Of a stretch of 64,000 bases of DNA, positions 21,553 through 32,156 are shown in pieces. A model generated the notes under the pieces. The model had not been told where the DNA came from. It searched no databases and saw only the letters and a list, made by a program, of their open reading frames with translations. Position 1 is the first letter of the stretch. Each line of letters starts with the position of its first letter. The translations under genes and the position numbers were made by a program. Source of the stretch: Nitrospirota bacterium (GTDB lineage: Bacteria; Nitrospirota; UBA9217); NCBI GenBank assembly GCA_963751455.1, contig CAVVUN010000006.1, positions 228,589 through 292,588 on the forward strand, given 5' to 3'.

Positions 21553-21845
21553 GTAACTACTCAGTTGGCCGCAAGAGCTCGCAAAGAACGACTCGACTAA
21601 GCTCGTCGAAGTCTCAAAAAATAAAATTGAGTATCTCTAATTTAATGCACTCGTAAGAAGTCGTCATTCCCGCTTGTCGGGAATCGTATCGCCACATAAC
21701 ACGATTGAAAAATAAGGATTCCGGACAAGCCGGAATGACGGCTATTCGGTGATTTTCGACTTTTTACGAGACCATCAAATTTAATCTCTCTGCGTTCTAT
21801 GCGTTCTTTCGCGGCTAATTGGGTTGGTTTAAGCTGAATAGTTAC
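21553..21845. mobile_element. MITE with IS66-like ends and 8-bp target duplication, containing further nested elements
   Basis: TIRs GTAACTACTCAG / CTGAATAGTTAC; exact AATCATTT repeats at 21545-21552 and 21846-21853. Confidence 0.8.
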
Positions 21846-21896
21846 AATCATTTTTCACTCTGCACTTTGCAATTTGCACTTTGCAATTATGTTATT

Positions 21897-24800
21897 CTAC
21901 TTCCCCGTCACATCCTCGATCCCCAGGAGGATCGTCTCCGTCTTTGCTTCTTCCTTAAATATCCTGCGGGCATTGAGCCGCATCTTTCTAAGCCCGAGCT
22001 CCGGGAAATCGTGCTCTACCTCAAAGCCTTGAGCTCGGTGCTCTCCGGCAGGATCTTTTCCAGGAGCTCCCGCAGTTTCGGGATGTCCCACTGCCGGTTC
22101 CCAATGTCGTAAATCAGCCTTCCTTCGGTATCAGCATGAGACACCCGGAAGGTCTCAAAAAATGATTTATTCGCGGAAATCACTTTCAAGGCCGAGTCGA
22201 GGACCAGGAACGGCTCACGTACGGCCTCAATGATTCCTCTCGTGTAGGTCAGTGCGGCCTGGAGCTCCGCCGCAAGCCTCTGGGCGGTGATATCCACGAA
22301 CGTGATGACCGCGCCGTCGATGGTATTGTTCTTCACGCGGTACGGCAGCACGCGCGCGAGATACCAGCGGTCCTCGGGATGCCTGACCGTTCTCTCTTTC
22401 AACTCGGACGTTCTCATGACCTCTTTGACATCAGCCAGGAATTCCGGGTAATCGAGCTTTGAAGCGATATCGTTGATAGGACGTTGGATATCAGTCTCTA
22501 TGAGGCTGAACAGCGCGACGACGTCCGGAGTGAAGCTCTTGATGCGGAGATTGTTGTCCAGGAATATCGTCGCGATGCGGGTGCTGGAAACCAGGTTCCT
22601 CATATCGTTATTCGCCTGGTTCAGCGCGCCGATCTTGCCCTCAAGCTCTGAGTTTACGATCATCAATTCTTCATTCATGGACTGGAGCTCCTCACGGGAT
22701 GTCTCCAGTTCCTCGTTGGTGCTTTGCAGCTCCTCATTGGAGGACTGGAGTTCCTCGTTCGTGGACATGAGTTCCTCATTGGAGCTCTCCAGCTCTTCAA
22801 TCGCACTCTGCAGGTTCTCCTTTGTCGATTTCAGCTCGTATTCCAGTTCCAACATACGGGCCTCGCTCTTTTTCTCCGCGCGGTCTTTGGCTGGGGCAAA
22901 CTTCTCATCTTTTCTTCGGGGCACGGGATTGAACACGACCATAATCAGGCCCTGGAGATGATCGGGTGCGGCTATATAGTTCGCGTCCAGGTTGATCGTT
23001 TCCACACCCCCGTCCGTTTTCACCTGGACCTGCTCGTACCTGATGCTCTTCTTTTCCTTTACCGCTTTCCGAAGAGCGGTCCTGAGATCGAGGCGCAGTC
23101 CCTCACGCGCCATTTCAATAATATTCATGCTCGCTCTTCCCGATGCGGGTTCCAGGTATTTCCCGGTGCGCCCCTTTATATAGAGAATATCGCCCCTTTC
23201 GTTCACGATGGCGCAGGGCGGCGAATATCGCTCGAGGAGAAGCTTTTCAGTGAGTTCGTGTATCTTCAGGGCCTGCGGTTCTTTCGCCGCCGGAAGGCCG
23301 TCGGGCTTCACGCCCCTGCCCAACTGGTCGATATGGCGCAAGCCGACGATGGCGGGAGGAAGGGTCTGCACCTTCACGGCTTGAAATATTTTCCATTTGC
23401 TGTTGACTGTTTTGAACATGTCTATCGAATCTCCGATGTTTTCCGAGGACCCGAGAAAAAGCATGCCTCCGGGATTCAGGCCGTAATGAAACAGGGGCAG
23501 CACCTTTTTCTGGATTTGCGGACCGAGATAAATGAGCAGGTTCCTGCAGCTGATCAGGTCGAGTTTGGAGAAGGGCGCGTCCTTGATCACGTTCTGGATG
23601 GAAAAGACCGTCATTTCCCTGAGCTCTTCCTTTATCTTGTAGGTATTGCCCTCCCTGGTGAAATACCGGTTCAGTCTCTCCGGGGAAACATCCACGGAGA
23701 TATTGTCCGTATACGTTCCGGCCCGGGCGATTTCTATCGCGCTGCTGTCGATATCCGTGGCGAAGATTTGTACCTTGAAATGGTTCTTTGTCTGTTCCGC
23801 GTATTCATGCAGGATGATGGCAAGGGAATAGGCCTCCTCGCCGGTGGAGCAGCCGGGCACCCAGACGCGGACCGGGTTTTCATACGATTTGTTTCTGGCG
23901 ATGACGGGCACGACCTTTTCCTTTAAGGCTTTGAACGCCGCTTCGTCCCTGAAAAAATTGGTCACCCTGATAAGGAACTCCTTGAAGAGGATGTCGATTT
24001 CATGCTTGTTGTTCTGCAGATAGGTCACATAGTCCGCGAGATCGTCGATCTGGTGCAGGGCCATCCTGCGCTGGATCCTGCGCAGGATCGTATTCTGCTT
24101 GTATAAGGAAAAATCATGGCCCGTGTGCGCGCGTATCAACGAGAAGATACGCTGTTGCTGCTGCTGCATGTCTACCCTTCCGGACGGCCGCTCTTCGAGC
24201 GAAGGTTGTCTCTTCAGCGATTGTTTCACGTAACCAAGAAGGCGTTCGGGCAATTTTGACGCAGGGAGTACGTCATCAACCAGACCGGTAGCGATAGCGC
24301 TGGACGGCATCCCGTCGTATTTGGCCTCTTTCGGGTCCTGCGCCAGGACCAGTCCGCCCTCTCCCTTCACCGCCTTCAGCCCGAGCGTGCCTTCCGTGCC
24401 TGTTCCCGAGAGGATGATGCAGACTGCGTTCTCGCCCTTGTCCTGCGCGAGCGCACGGAAAAAGAAATCGATCGGATGCCTGAGCCCCCTCGCTGCCGAG
24501 GGTTCGAGGAGCACCAGCTTCCCGCGCAGGATCGACATGTCCCTGTTCGGGGGGATAATGTAGACATTATTCGGTTCGACCGCGGTCCCATCCTCCGCCT
24601 GCACGACCGGCATCTTCGAGGTCCGCTGGATCAGTTCCGGCATCATGCTTTTATGCGTGGGATCGAGATGCGGGACCAGGACGAACCCCATGTTGCTGTC
24701 CGGGGGCATATTGGCAAAGAACTGCTCGAAGGCTTCGAGACCGCCGGCGGACGCGCCGATCCCGACGACCGGGAAACCCGGTTTCGTCTCACTTCGCGCG

Positions 24801-24925
24801 ACAACGGCTTTCTCTTCCTGAAGCGAAGGCGGTGCACCGTCCGGCTCAATTTTTTTCCGGGTAACGGTTTTCCGGGGCGTGGATATCGTTTTCTTTTTAT
24901 CCGGTTCTTCTTTTTTTCTGGTCAT
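21897..24925 (-). CDS. CheB-CheR-PAS fusion protein with a frameshift near the C-terminus
   Basis: GIGASAGG (CheB); VTNFFRD, WVPGCSTGEEAYS and CRNLLIY (CheR); ELQSTNEEL coiled coil; PAS. The last PAS continues in another frame (GFEVEHDFP...ILLGIEDVT) to 21897. Confidence 0.9.
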
Positions 24926-25117
24926 GTTTTCGACGACCTTTCAGTAAAATTATAAACCCTGTAGCCGGGATTAGCAAAAAGGTTATGCAGATGGTCATAA
25001 CACGTACTTGAAATCATACGAACAAATCAGTACCGTTAAACGAATGTATCAGAATTAAATTGGCTATTCAAGGGAATTAGCGGGTTCCCACCCTTCAGTT
25101 GTCGGGCGGGGCAATTG

Positions 25118-25312
25118 GTAGCCGCACCCTTTAGGGTGCGTTTTTTTGGACCAAGGCAACCATGTTGCCGTGTGAAATAACGCCATCACACCCTGTACCC
25201 GCGCTTTGCACTCGTGGCACCGGGCGCAGGCGGATGGCTCGGTTCAAATAACCCCCAAATAACGCAGGCTAAAACGACTCAACTGAGCTCGCCGAAGTCC
25301 TGCGGCTGCCTC
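25118..25312. repeat. GTAG-type REP doublet with nested family E and G inserts
   Basis: GTAGCCGCACCCTTTAGGGTGCG and CGCAGGCTAAA[insert]CCTGCGGCTGC. Confidence 0.7.
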
Positions 25313-25612
25313 CAATTACTGAAGACTTACGCCCAATTATATCTTCCTCTTGCAAAAGGACTTATTCTCATGCTATAGTTTTCATGTTTTTTATTCCGGA
25401 GAGGGACGGGGTGAGGATGGGTTTCATAACGAGTGCAGGTGTGAGGATGCGTTTTGTTGCCGACTCACCGAGACCCATCCCCACCTTAAATCCTCCCGCC
25501 CTGCACTCGCGGCCGCGCACTCGTAATCGCTGGGTGCGAGACCTTGAAGGGGAGGAAACTTTTATAACATTCACCCGGACATGTCAACTCTTCAGATAAA
25601 TAAGATATTCCT

Positions 25613-27892
25613 ATGAGGAAGAAAACCGAAAAAGGCCGGCCAAAGCACAATACAGAAAGTCTGATATCCCCATCGAAAAAGTCACCTCGTCTCAATTTTA
25701 AATCCAATTTAAAAGATCAATCCAAACCTCTCGCAATAAAAGCGTTTGACACGAAAGTAAACAAAGCTCGCACCCGATCGACAAAGGCCGGAGCGAAGCC
25801 CGCCGTCAACAAAAAGCGCGAGTCGTTCTGCCACGTAAAACGCGACGACCTGGAGAGAATAGTCCGGGAGCGGACCGAGGAACTCAGAACGCATCAGATC
25901 GAACTGCAAATGCAGAATGAAGAGCTGCGGTCCGCGCAGCAGGAGCTGGAAGCATCACGAAGAAAATACGTTGAATTATACGAATTCGCACCCGTGGGAT
26001 ATTTTATGTTCGATGCGAACGGACTTATACGCGACGTAAATATGGCCGGGGCAAATCAGCTTGAGCTCGATAAACAGGCGCTGCTCAAAAAGCCGTTCTC
26101 CTTGTTTATTCCCTCGCCCAATGACCGTCTTGCTTTTACGGCTCATAAAAAAAGGACTTTTTTGACGCAGCAGCGGCAGGAGTGCGATCTCAAGCTGCGG
26201 AGGCGCGACGGCGTCGTTTTTTATGCGCGACTCGAAAGCATTGCAGTTGAAAACGTGGACTACAGGGCCGGCCAGATCAGGACCGCGGTTGCCGACATCA
26301 CCCGGCTTAAGCAGGCTGAAGAGGAGTTGAAGAATGCCAATGACGAGCTGGAAAAGCATGTACAGGTCCGCACCGATGAGCTGGCAAAGACGATTGCGGC
26401 GCTGACGACGGAAATATCCGATCGAAATCGGGCGGAAAAAACATTAAGCGAAACCCAGGAGGATCTGAAAAAGGCCCAGGCTCTCGCCCATATCGGAAGC
26501 TGGAGTCTCGACCTCCGGTCCAAACGAGTCGCGTGGTCAGAGGAATTATTCAGGATTTTCGGGATAGCACCCGGTACGCACGACTCCGAACTCGAGAATA
26601 TCATTCTCGGGATCGTTCACCCCGATGACCGGCGAAAAGTGCGGCAAATTTACCGGCAGATATTTGAAACTTCAAAAGTGCAGCCTTGAGAATTCAGGCT
26701 AATCCTGCCGGACGGCAGGAAACGAGTGGTCTGGGGCGAGGCCGAGATTGTCCGGGATTCGCTGGGAAAACCCGTTTCAATTGTCGGGACCGTACAGGAC
26801 ATCACCGACCGTAAAGGCGCCGAAGAAGAGCTCATTCGTCTGGTAACAGCTCTGGAATCCGCGGCTGATGCTGTCGTTATTACCGATTCGGCCATGGGAA
26901 TTATTCAGTACGTCAATCCGGCCTTTGAACAGCTCACCGGTTATGAAAAGGGCGAAGCGCTGGGGCGCGATATTCACCTGCTGGACAGCGGCAGGCATGA
27001 CCAGGCCTTCTATCATCAACTCCGGGGCACGCTCAAAGAGGAGGGCTTCTGGGCCGGGCGTCTTGTCCAGAAAAGGAAGGACGGCACGCTGTACGAAGAG
27101 GAGTGCACCTACTCGCTGGTCAAAAATTCCGACGGTGAGATCATCAATTACATATCGATCAAACGTGATGTGACAGAAAAAGCCCGCCTTGAATCGATCG
27201 CACAGTCTGTGGAGATGGTGAACAACATCGGATACATCTTCGCCGGCGTCAGTCATGAAATCGGCACTCCCGTCAACACAATAGGAATGAGCCTGGATAT
27301 GATCAGGAAGAATCTGGATATGCTGCCCAGGGAAAAGATCGCCGAATACGTGGACCGGGCGCAGACACAGGTCTCGAGGGTCCTGTACCTGCTGCGCAAT
27401 CTGAGAAACTTCAATATGTACGAGAGTCTGCAGCCGTCCACGATAAAGGTATCGTCCTTTCTGGACGGCTTCCTGTCCATGGTAAAAGAAGATTTCGAGA
27501 AAAAAGGGATCAGTATTGGGGCCGTGCTCGAGCAGGACGCGAAGTCTGTGCATGCCGACCCCCGCGCGCTCCAGCAGGTTTTACTGAATATCTTTACCAA
27601 TGCCTTTGATGCGCTCGAAGGGCGGGATGATCCGAAAATCGATATAACAGTTGCAGCTGCAACGGATAGTCTCGTAAGAATTCGGGTTTCAGACAACGGA
27701 CGCGGAATAGAAGAAACCAGGATGAAAGATATCTTCAAGCCTTTTTACACCACCAAGAAACACGGGACCGGCCTGGGCCTGGTCATCATTAAAAAAATGG
27801 TTGCCAGGATGGACGGTACGGTTGACGTGACAAGCCGTCTCAACGAAGGGACCGCCGTCGAGATATGCCTTCCTTCAATCGTCTCACAATAG
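25613..27892 (+). CDS. Multi-PAS sensor histidine kinase interrupted by an in-frame TGA at 26687-26689 (pseudogene or recoded)
   Basis: ORFs 25613-26689 and 26726-27892 share a frame; the PAC motif reads VQP*EFRLILPDGRKRVVWG; H-box SHEIGTP, N-box, DNGRG, GTGLGL. Confidence 0.85.
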
Positions 27893-27987
27893 TACGGACA
27901 GAACGTATTCGCGTGCTCAAGATTATTTTGAGACCATTGAATAACTGCTGAGGTCTTTGTCCTGACGTTAAGACATTTCCTTTTCTT

Positions 27988-28176
27988 TTACAGTATTGTT
28001 TTCCAAATAAAGCCTGCCAGCGCGGACCCCGCTATCACCGGTATCATGCCCCCCCCTGTTCTCCACCACCTCCTTGCGCATCATGGCGATCTGACCGGTG
28101 GGGCCGCCGAAACTGACGAAGCCGAGCTTTAACCAGTATCGCAAAGCCTCCTTGAATGTGATCTATCGCTTGTCAT
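27988..28176 (-). pseudogene. chrA: Collapsed chromate transporter chrA remnant
   Basis: Not in the ORF track. Reads [34 protein letters not shown] fused directly to [19 protein letters not shown]; the start ATG is out of frame; follows chrB. Confidence 0.8.
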
Positions 28177-28199
28177 CGGCTCTCTCCTTATTTGCATTA

Positions 28200-29177
28200 T
28201 CAGGACTTCGATTGATACAGCATCTCGAACGCAGTCATGCCTCTTTCCAGTCCATCAACGTCGTTCTTCGCTGTTTTGCGGATGCCTGCGAGGATATCTT
28301 CGACACCGGCTGTTTCAGGCTTGTTGTATTTATCGTCCTTCACGTCCAGATCGTGCACGACCTCAGCGATCTTTTTAACCGCCTTGTCTTTGATCCCGAA
28401 GGACTTTATCAGCACCTCGAAGGTGCAGAGTTCGCCGATATGGGTAAATGCCGCGCCGCGCGCGTCGAAGGCAACAGTCGACTTGCCGAGCGAAGCGATA
28501 TCGCTCTCGTCGATGAACTCGAACGAGGCTTTCGGATCGATAAACCGTTTGATGAGCCAGGCCGACGCCATGCGGTCCACAAAAGGGTTTTCTCTGGTGG
28601 CCCATATTTTCCCCTGGTAGTCCTGGATCCGCCTTGCAGTGATCGAGCCTGAGTCCGGAGCTTTTTTCCCGGCATCCCGAAGCCCGGCTTCGAGCGCCTG
28701 AATGCGCTTTTTCAGGATATTTCCCATCGAAGACTCAAAATAATCACGTTTGCCGGCCTCGTCGAATTCTTTCGTGAACTTTGCGCTTTGGGCCGCGAGA
28801 CTCTTGCCTTCCTCGCTTTTCGTGCCCTTCCAGATGCTCTGGACCTTCCGCTCGAGAACATCGAGCGCTTTTTCAAGCCGGTGGTATTCCTGGTCCGATT
28901 GGATCGTGAAAAGCCGCCTGATATCGGCATCGGTCATTGTCCTGATCTCGGCGCTCCTTGCGAACGCCCCGTCTCCGCCCATGGACTTTACCTCGCCGAT
29001 GAGCCACTGAAAGAACTCCTCATGCTCCTCGGTTGCGGGAAGGATATAGACCGCGCCTTTGAGCTGCACTGCGCCCGCCTTCGCGAGCTTCCGCCACAAC
29101 TTCATGCGGTTGCTCACGGGATGAGACGGGACGCTGTAAAAGATGAGCAGCCATTCCTGGTGTGTTGCCCTGGGCAT
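28200..29177 (-). CDS. chrB: Chromate resistance regulator ChrB
   Basis: N-terminal RMKLWRKL...GAVYILP; C-terminal WATRENPFVDRMASAWLIKRFIDP, FTHIGELCTFE. Confidence 0.9.
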   Translation of the reverse strand: MPRATHQEWLLIFYSVPSHPVSNRMKLWRKLAKAGAVQLKGAVYILPATEEHEEFFQWLIGEVKSMGGDGAFARSAEIRTMTDADIRRLFTIQSDQEYHRLEKALDVLERKVQSIWKGTKSEEGKSLAAQSAKFTKEFDEAGKRDYFESSMGNILKKRIQALEAGLRDAGKKAPDSGSITARRIQDYQGKIWATRENPFVDRMASAWLIKRFIDPKASFEFIDESDIASLGKSTVAFDARGAAFTHIGELCTFEVLIKSFGIKDKAVKKIAEVVHDLDVKDDKYNKPETAGVEDILAGIRKTAKNDVDGLERGMTAFEMLYQSKS

Positions 29178-29223
29178 ACGTCGGTCCTCCTCTGCTGAGC
29201 TCTGCGCAAAGCAGGCATTCAGT

Positions 29224-29484
29224 CTATACGATGCATATATCGTTGTCGCCGTACTGACAGTCGTCGGGCCGGGCGATATCCAGAGCCGGCTCGTGTTCTC
29301 TCAGGATTGCCTTGTGGATTTGATCGTATTCTCCAGCCTCCGCAAAGGCAATTTGGATGAAGTTCTCTTCGAGTGTTTCGCGGACCAGCTCCTTCTTCTC
29401 CACCGGCATACCTGCGGGAACGCCCATTTCCAACAGGGCTGCATCAGCCATCATATCCGAGATCTTCTTCATGAGCTTTTTCAT
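29224..29484 (-). CDS. Small hypothetical protein, first gene of the chr operon
   Basis: AAGGAGG RBS before MKKLMKK; IAFAEAGE motif; acidic Cys-containing C-terminus. Confidence 0.65.
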   Translation of the reverse strand: MKKLMKKISDMMADAALLEMGVPAGMPVEKKELVRETLEENFIQIAFAEAGEYDQIHKAILREHEPALDIARPDDCQYGDNDICIV

Positions 29485-29518
29485 GGGAAACCTCCTTACT
29501 TTTGTTACTGTTGTTATT

Positions 29519-29547
29519 ATTGTAACATGTGTTACATCTTTTGTCAA
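29519..29547 (-). promoter_or_regulatory. Sigma70 promoter with overlapping palindromic operator (probable ChrB site)
   Basis: TTGACA-N17-TACAAT on the minus strand; perfect inverted repeat TGTAACA-TG-TGTTACA at 29521-29536. Confidence 0.75.
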
Positions 29548-29617
29548 GAGGACGCAGAAGGCGCGGATGACAGATATTCAGGGGGCAACGGGCAAGTGGT
29601 AAGTAATTATGGCGACG

Positions 29618-29854
29618 TCAGCTCAGCACTTTATTTACCGTATGACATTTCAAACATTGTTCCTTTGGAGGATGGGCGGCTTTGAGCGGGGCGCGTTTGC
29701 CTGGCGCATGGCATTCGGTACATGCGGCGTCAGTGGTAATGTTTTTATGGAAGTCATCGGCGGGAATGGCCGGGGGTTTTTGCCCGGATGAGAGAAGAAA
29801 GAGAACGAGCAGTACGGATAAGGCAAACAGAATGAACCCTACGGTATTCTTCAT
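29618..29854 (-). CDS. Small membrane-anchored diheme c-type cytochrome
   Basis: N-terminal hydrophobic helix; two CxxCH motifs (CTECH, CLKCH) and extra His residues. Confidence 0.8.
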   Translation of the reverse strand: MKNTVGFILFALSVLLVLFLLSSGQKPPAIPADDFHKNITTDAACTECHAPGKRAPLKAAHPPKEQCLKCHTVNKVLS

Positions 29855-29894
29855 GGCGAAACTCCTTTACAGACTTTGTGCCGAGACCGGTTCA

Positions 29895-30635
29895 TCACTT
29901 CACGGACTGGGCTGGAGGGCGTATTTCTCTTTTTTCCGGTTCGATGCGGCCGAACAGCCTGGTGAAAACTTCAGGCACTTCAGATTCGAAGGTGAGCTGT
30001 TTGCCGCTGACGGGATGCCTGAAGGAAATAAATCTTGCATGAAGCGCCATGCGCGCCGGCCGGTCGTCCCCTCTTCCGTACTTGACGTCTCCCAGAATAG
30101 GGTGGCCAATGTCTGCGAGGTGCACCCGTATCTGGTTCTTTCTGCCGGTAAGAAGAGTAAGTTCCAGCAGAGAGAGCGCCTTCTTCTCCCGGATAACTCT
30201 ATACACCGTCCGGGCCAGCCTTCCCTTCGTACTGTCCTGCGTTGCATAGACGTTATAGTCCTTGTCTTCGGCAAGATAGCTTGTAATGGTTCCCGTCTTT
30301 TTTTCTACGGGGCCGTGAACGATTGCAAGATATTTTTTCTCAGTCTCTTTCCAGCGGGCCTGCAAACGCTCCTTTGCCTCTTCGCTTTTTGCAAAGATGA
30401 GGACGCCGGAGGTGTCCCTGTCCAGCCGGTGAACCACGAAAAGACGTTTCCGGCATCTGCCGCACCCTGTGCGGATGTACTCGGTCAGTATGGAATGAGC
30501 TGTGCGCAAACTTTCATGTTCGGTAGCGACGGTAAGAAGGCCGGCGGGCTTGTCCACAAGAAGGATGTCCTTATCCTCGTACAGGACTGCGAGCCCATGG
30601 GGCAGGCGTATGTTCGATCCGGGCCGTCTTCGCAT
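29895..30635 (-). CDS. RluA-family pseudouridine synthase
   Basis: VDKPAGLL, VHRLDRDTSG, TGRKNQIRVH, HPILGD.KYG. Confidence 0.93.
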   Translation of the reverse strand: MRRRPGSNIRLPHGLAVLYEDKDILLVDKPAGLLTVATEHESLRTAHSILTEYIRTGCGRCRKRLFVVHRLDRDTSGVLIFAKSEEAKERLQARWKETEKKYLAIVHGPVEKKTGTITSYLAEDKDYNVYATQDSTKGRLARTVYRVIREKKALSLLELTLLTGRKNQIRVHLADIGHPILGDVKYGRGDDRPARMALHARFISFRHPVSGKQLTFESEVPEVFTRLFGRIEPEKREIRPPAQSVK

Positions 30636-30704
30636 ATGCCATATACTACCATATTTCCCGCCGGGCGATGGAGATTTGAGAGAACAGCAGTTTCGGAAAA
30701 ACAG

Positions 30705-30738
30705 AAAAAAAGGGGCTGCAGCGTGCGCTGCAACCCCT
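30705..30738 (-). terminator. Intrinsic terminator of the tRNA gene
   Basis: AGGGGCTGCAGC / GCTGCAACCCCT stem followed by a U-run on the minus strand. Confidence 0.75.
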
Positions 30739-30747
30739 GGAGTTGGT

Positions 30748-30824
<77 letters not shown>

Positions 30825-30835
30825 ATGAGAAATGC

Positions 30836-30864
30836 ATACTAGAACACCTGCCCTTGAATGTCAA
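30836..30864 (-). promoter_or_regulatory. Sigma70 promoter of the tRNA gene
   Basis: TTGACA-N17-TAGTAT ending 11 nt upstream of the tRNA. Confidence 0.7.
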
Positions 30865-30911
30865 GAAAATTTATACAAGGCACTCATCAGGTCCTTTTCG
30901 GCAGGCGCTAG

Positions 30912-31077
30912 TACTCTGTAAAGGTAGTTCTTGATGGTGTATTGCGCCTCTTTTTTCCGTCACCCCGGCATGACTTTAGCCGGGGTCCAGAGGTTTGAAT
31001 CGAAATTTCCCTGGATTCCGGCTTAAAACGTGCCGGAATGACGGCGTTGAACCATTAACAACTAAGTTTACGGAGTA
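30912..31077. mobile_element. MITE with CTAG target duplication
   Basis: CTAG-TACTCTGTAAA...TTTACGGAGTA-CTAG; internal family C repeat. Confidence 0.8.
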
Positions 31078-31182
31078 CTAGTCTGCCTTTACCCGCCACC
31101 GGCGAGTCCAAAGTCGTATCGGAATTGCTGTTTTGTCATTCTTCTGTTGACAACTTCTTAAGTAAAAAATATACTGAGAGGC

Positions 31183-31938
31183 ATGAAAGGGGAAGCAAAG
31201 ATTGTTTTAACCACGGCGCTATTCCTCGTAATACCTTTTCTCGCTGCCCATGCCGACATTTACCAGTACACCGACAAAAAGGGCGTTATTCATTTTACAA
31301 ATGTGAACGGCGGCGGCAAAAAACAGAAGCGTGTGAAATCCGAACCAATGCGAACTGAGAACGTCGGCCAGGAAGCCGGCCTCCGGGAAGCAGCAGCCCC
31401 GATATCGTCATCGAATATTCCAAGCGACTATGTCGACATTATCAACAGCGCCTGTGACCGCCACGGCGTGGATCCGTCGCTGGTTAATGCCATCGTGAAG
31501 GTGGAATCGGATTTCAATCCCTATGCCCTTTCTCGAAAAGGCGCCATGGGTCTCATGCAGCTCATGCCCATGACAGCCGTGGAAATGAACGTCAAGAACT
31601 CCTTTGATCCGACCGAGAACATCTACGGCGGGGTCAAATATCTCCGGTACCTGATCGACAGGTATGAAGGGAATCTCGGCCTGGCCCTCGCCGCATACAA
31701 TTCAGGCGAGACAGCGGTCAAACGGTGGGGAACCATACCTCCCTTCAAGGAAACCCAGAACTACGTTCGCCGCATTTTAAAAATCTACAATGGCGGCAGC
31801 AGCATCGGGCAGTCCAACTACGTCACGCGTTACACCACGATTTACATGGGCTACAGCGACGACGGCTCCCTCGTGGTTACCGACAACCCCTCCAGCCGGC
31901 AGTACAAGAACCTCAAGCGTGCCCGGAAGAACCTGTAG
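31183..31938 (+). CDS. Lytic transglycosylase (DUF4124-like + SLT domain)
   Basis: Signal peptide, IYQYTDKKGVIHFTN, VESDFNP, GAMGLMQLMP, ALAAYNSG, ETQNYV. Confidence 0.92.
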   Translation: MKGEAKIVLTTALFLVIPFLAAHADIYQYTDKKGVIHFTNVNGGGKKQKRVKSEPMRTENVGQEAGLREAAAPISSSNIPSDYVDIINSACDRHGVDPSLVNAIVKVESDFNPYALSRKGAMGLMQLMPMTAVEMNVKNSFDPTENIYGGVKYLRYLIDRYEGNLGLALAAYNSGETAVKRWGTIPPFKETQNYVRRILKIYNGGSSIGQSNYVTRYTTIYMGYSDDGSLVVTDNPSSRQYKNLKRARKNL

Positions 31939-31949
31939 CGGCAGAAACA

Positions 31950-32042
31950 GGGATTCAGGATTCAGGGTCCAGGGTCCAGGATTCAGGATCCAAGTTCAGG
32001 CGAAATCCCGGTCTTTAAACATGCATCATGCATCGTGCATCG
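31950..32042. repeat. Heptamer tandem repeats (CAGGATT/CAGGGTC and TGCATCA/G)
   Basis: Directly visible 7-bp periodicity. Confidence 0.7.
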
Positions 32043-32156
32043 TTAACTCTCGAACTCCTCATCCCTTCCACGATATGTTTGACCTTGCTGCAAAGAGTGT
32101 GTACACTAGTAGTATAAAGAGAATTTTATCCTGGTTCCCGATTGCAGGAGGACCGG

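Noticed and set aside
22724-23926. 400-aa plus-strand ORF
   Set aside because: Antisense shadow of cheB-cheR.
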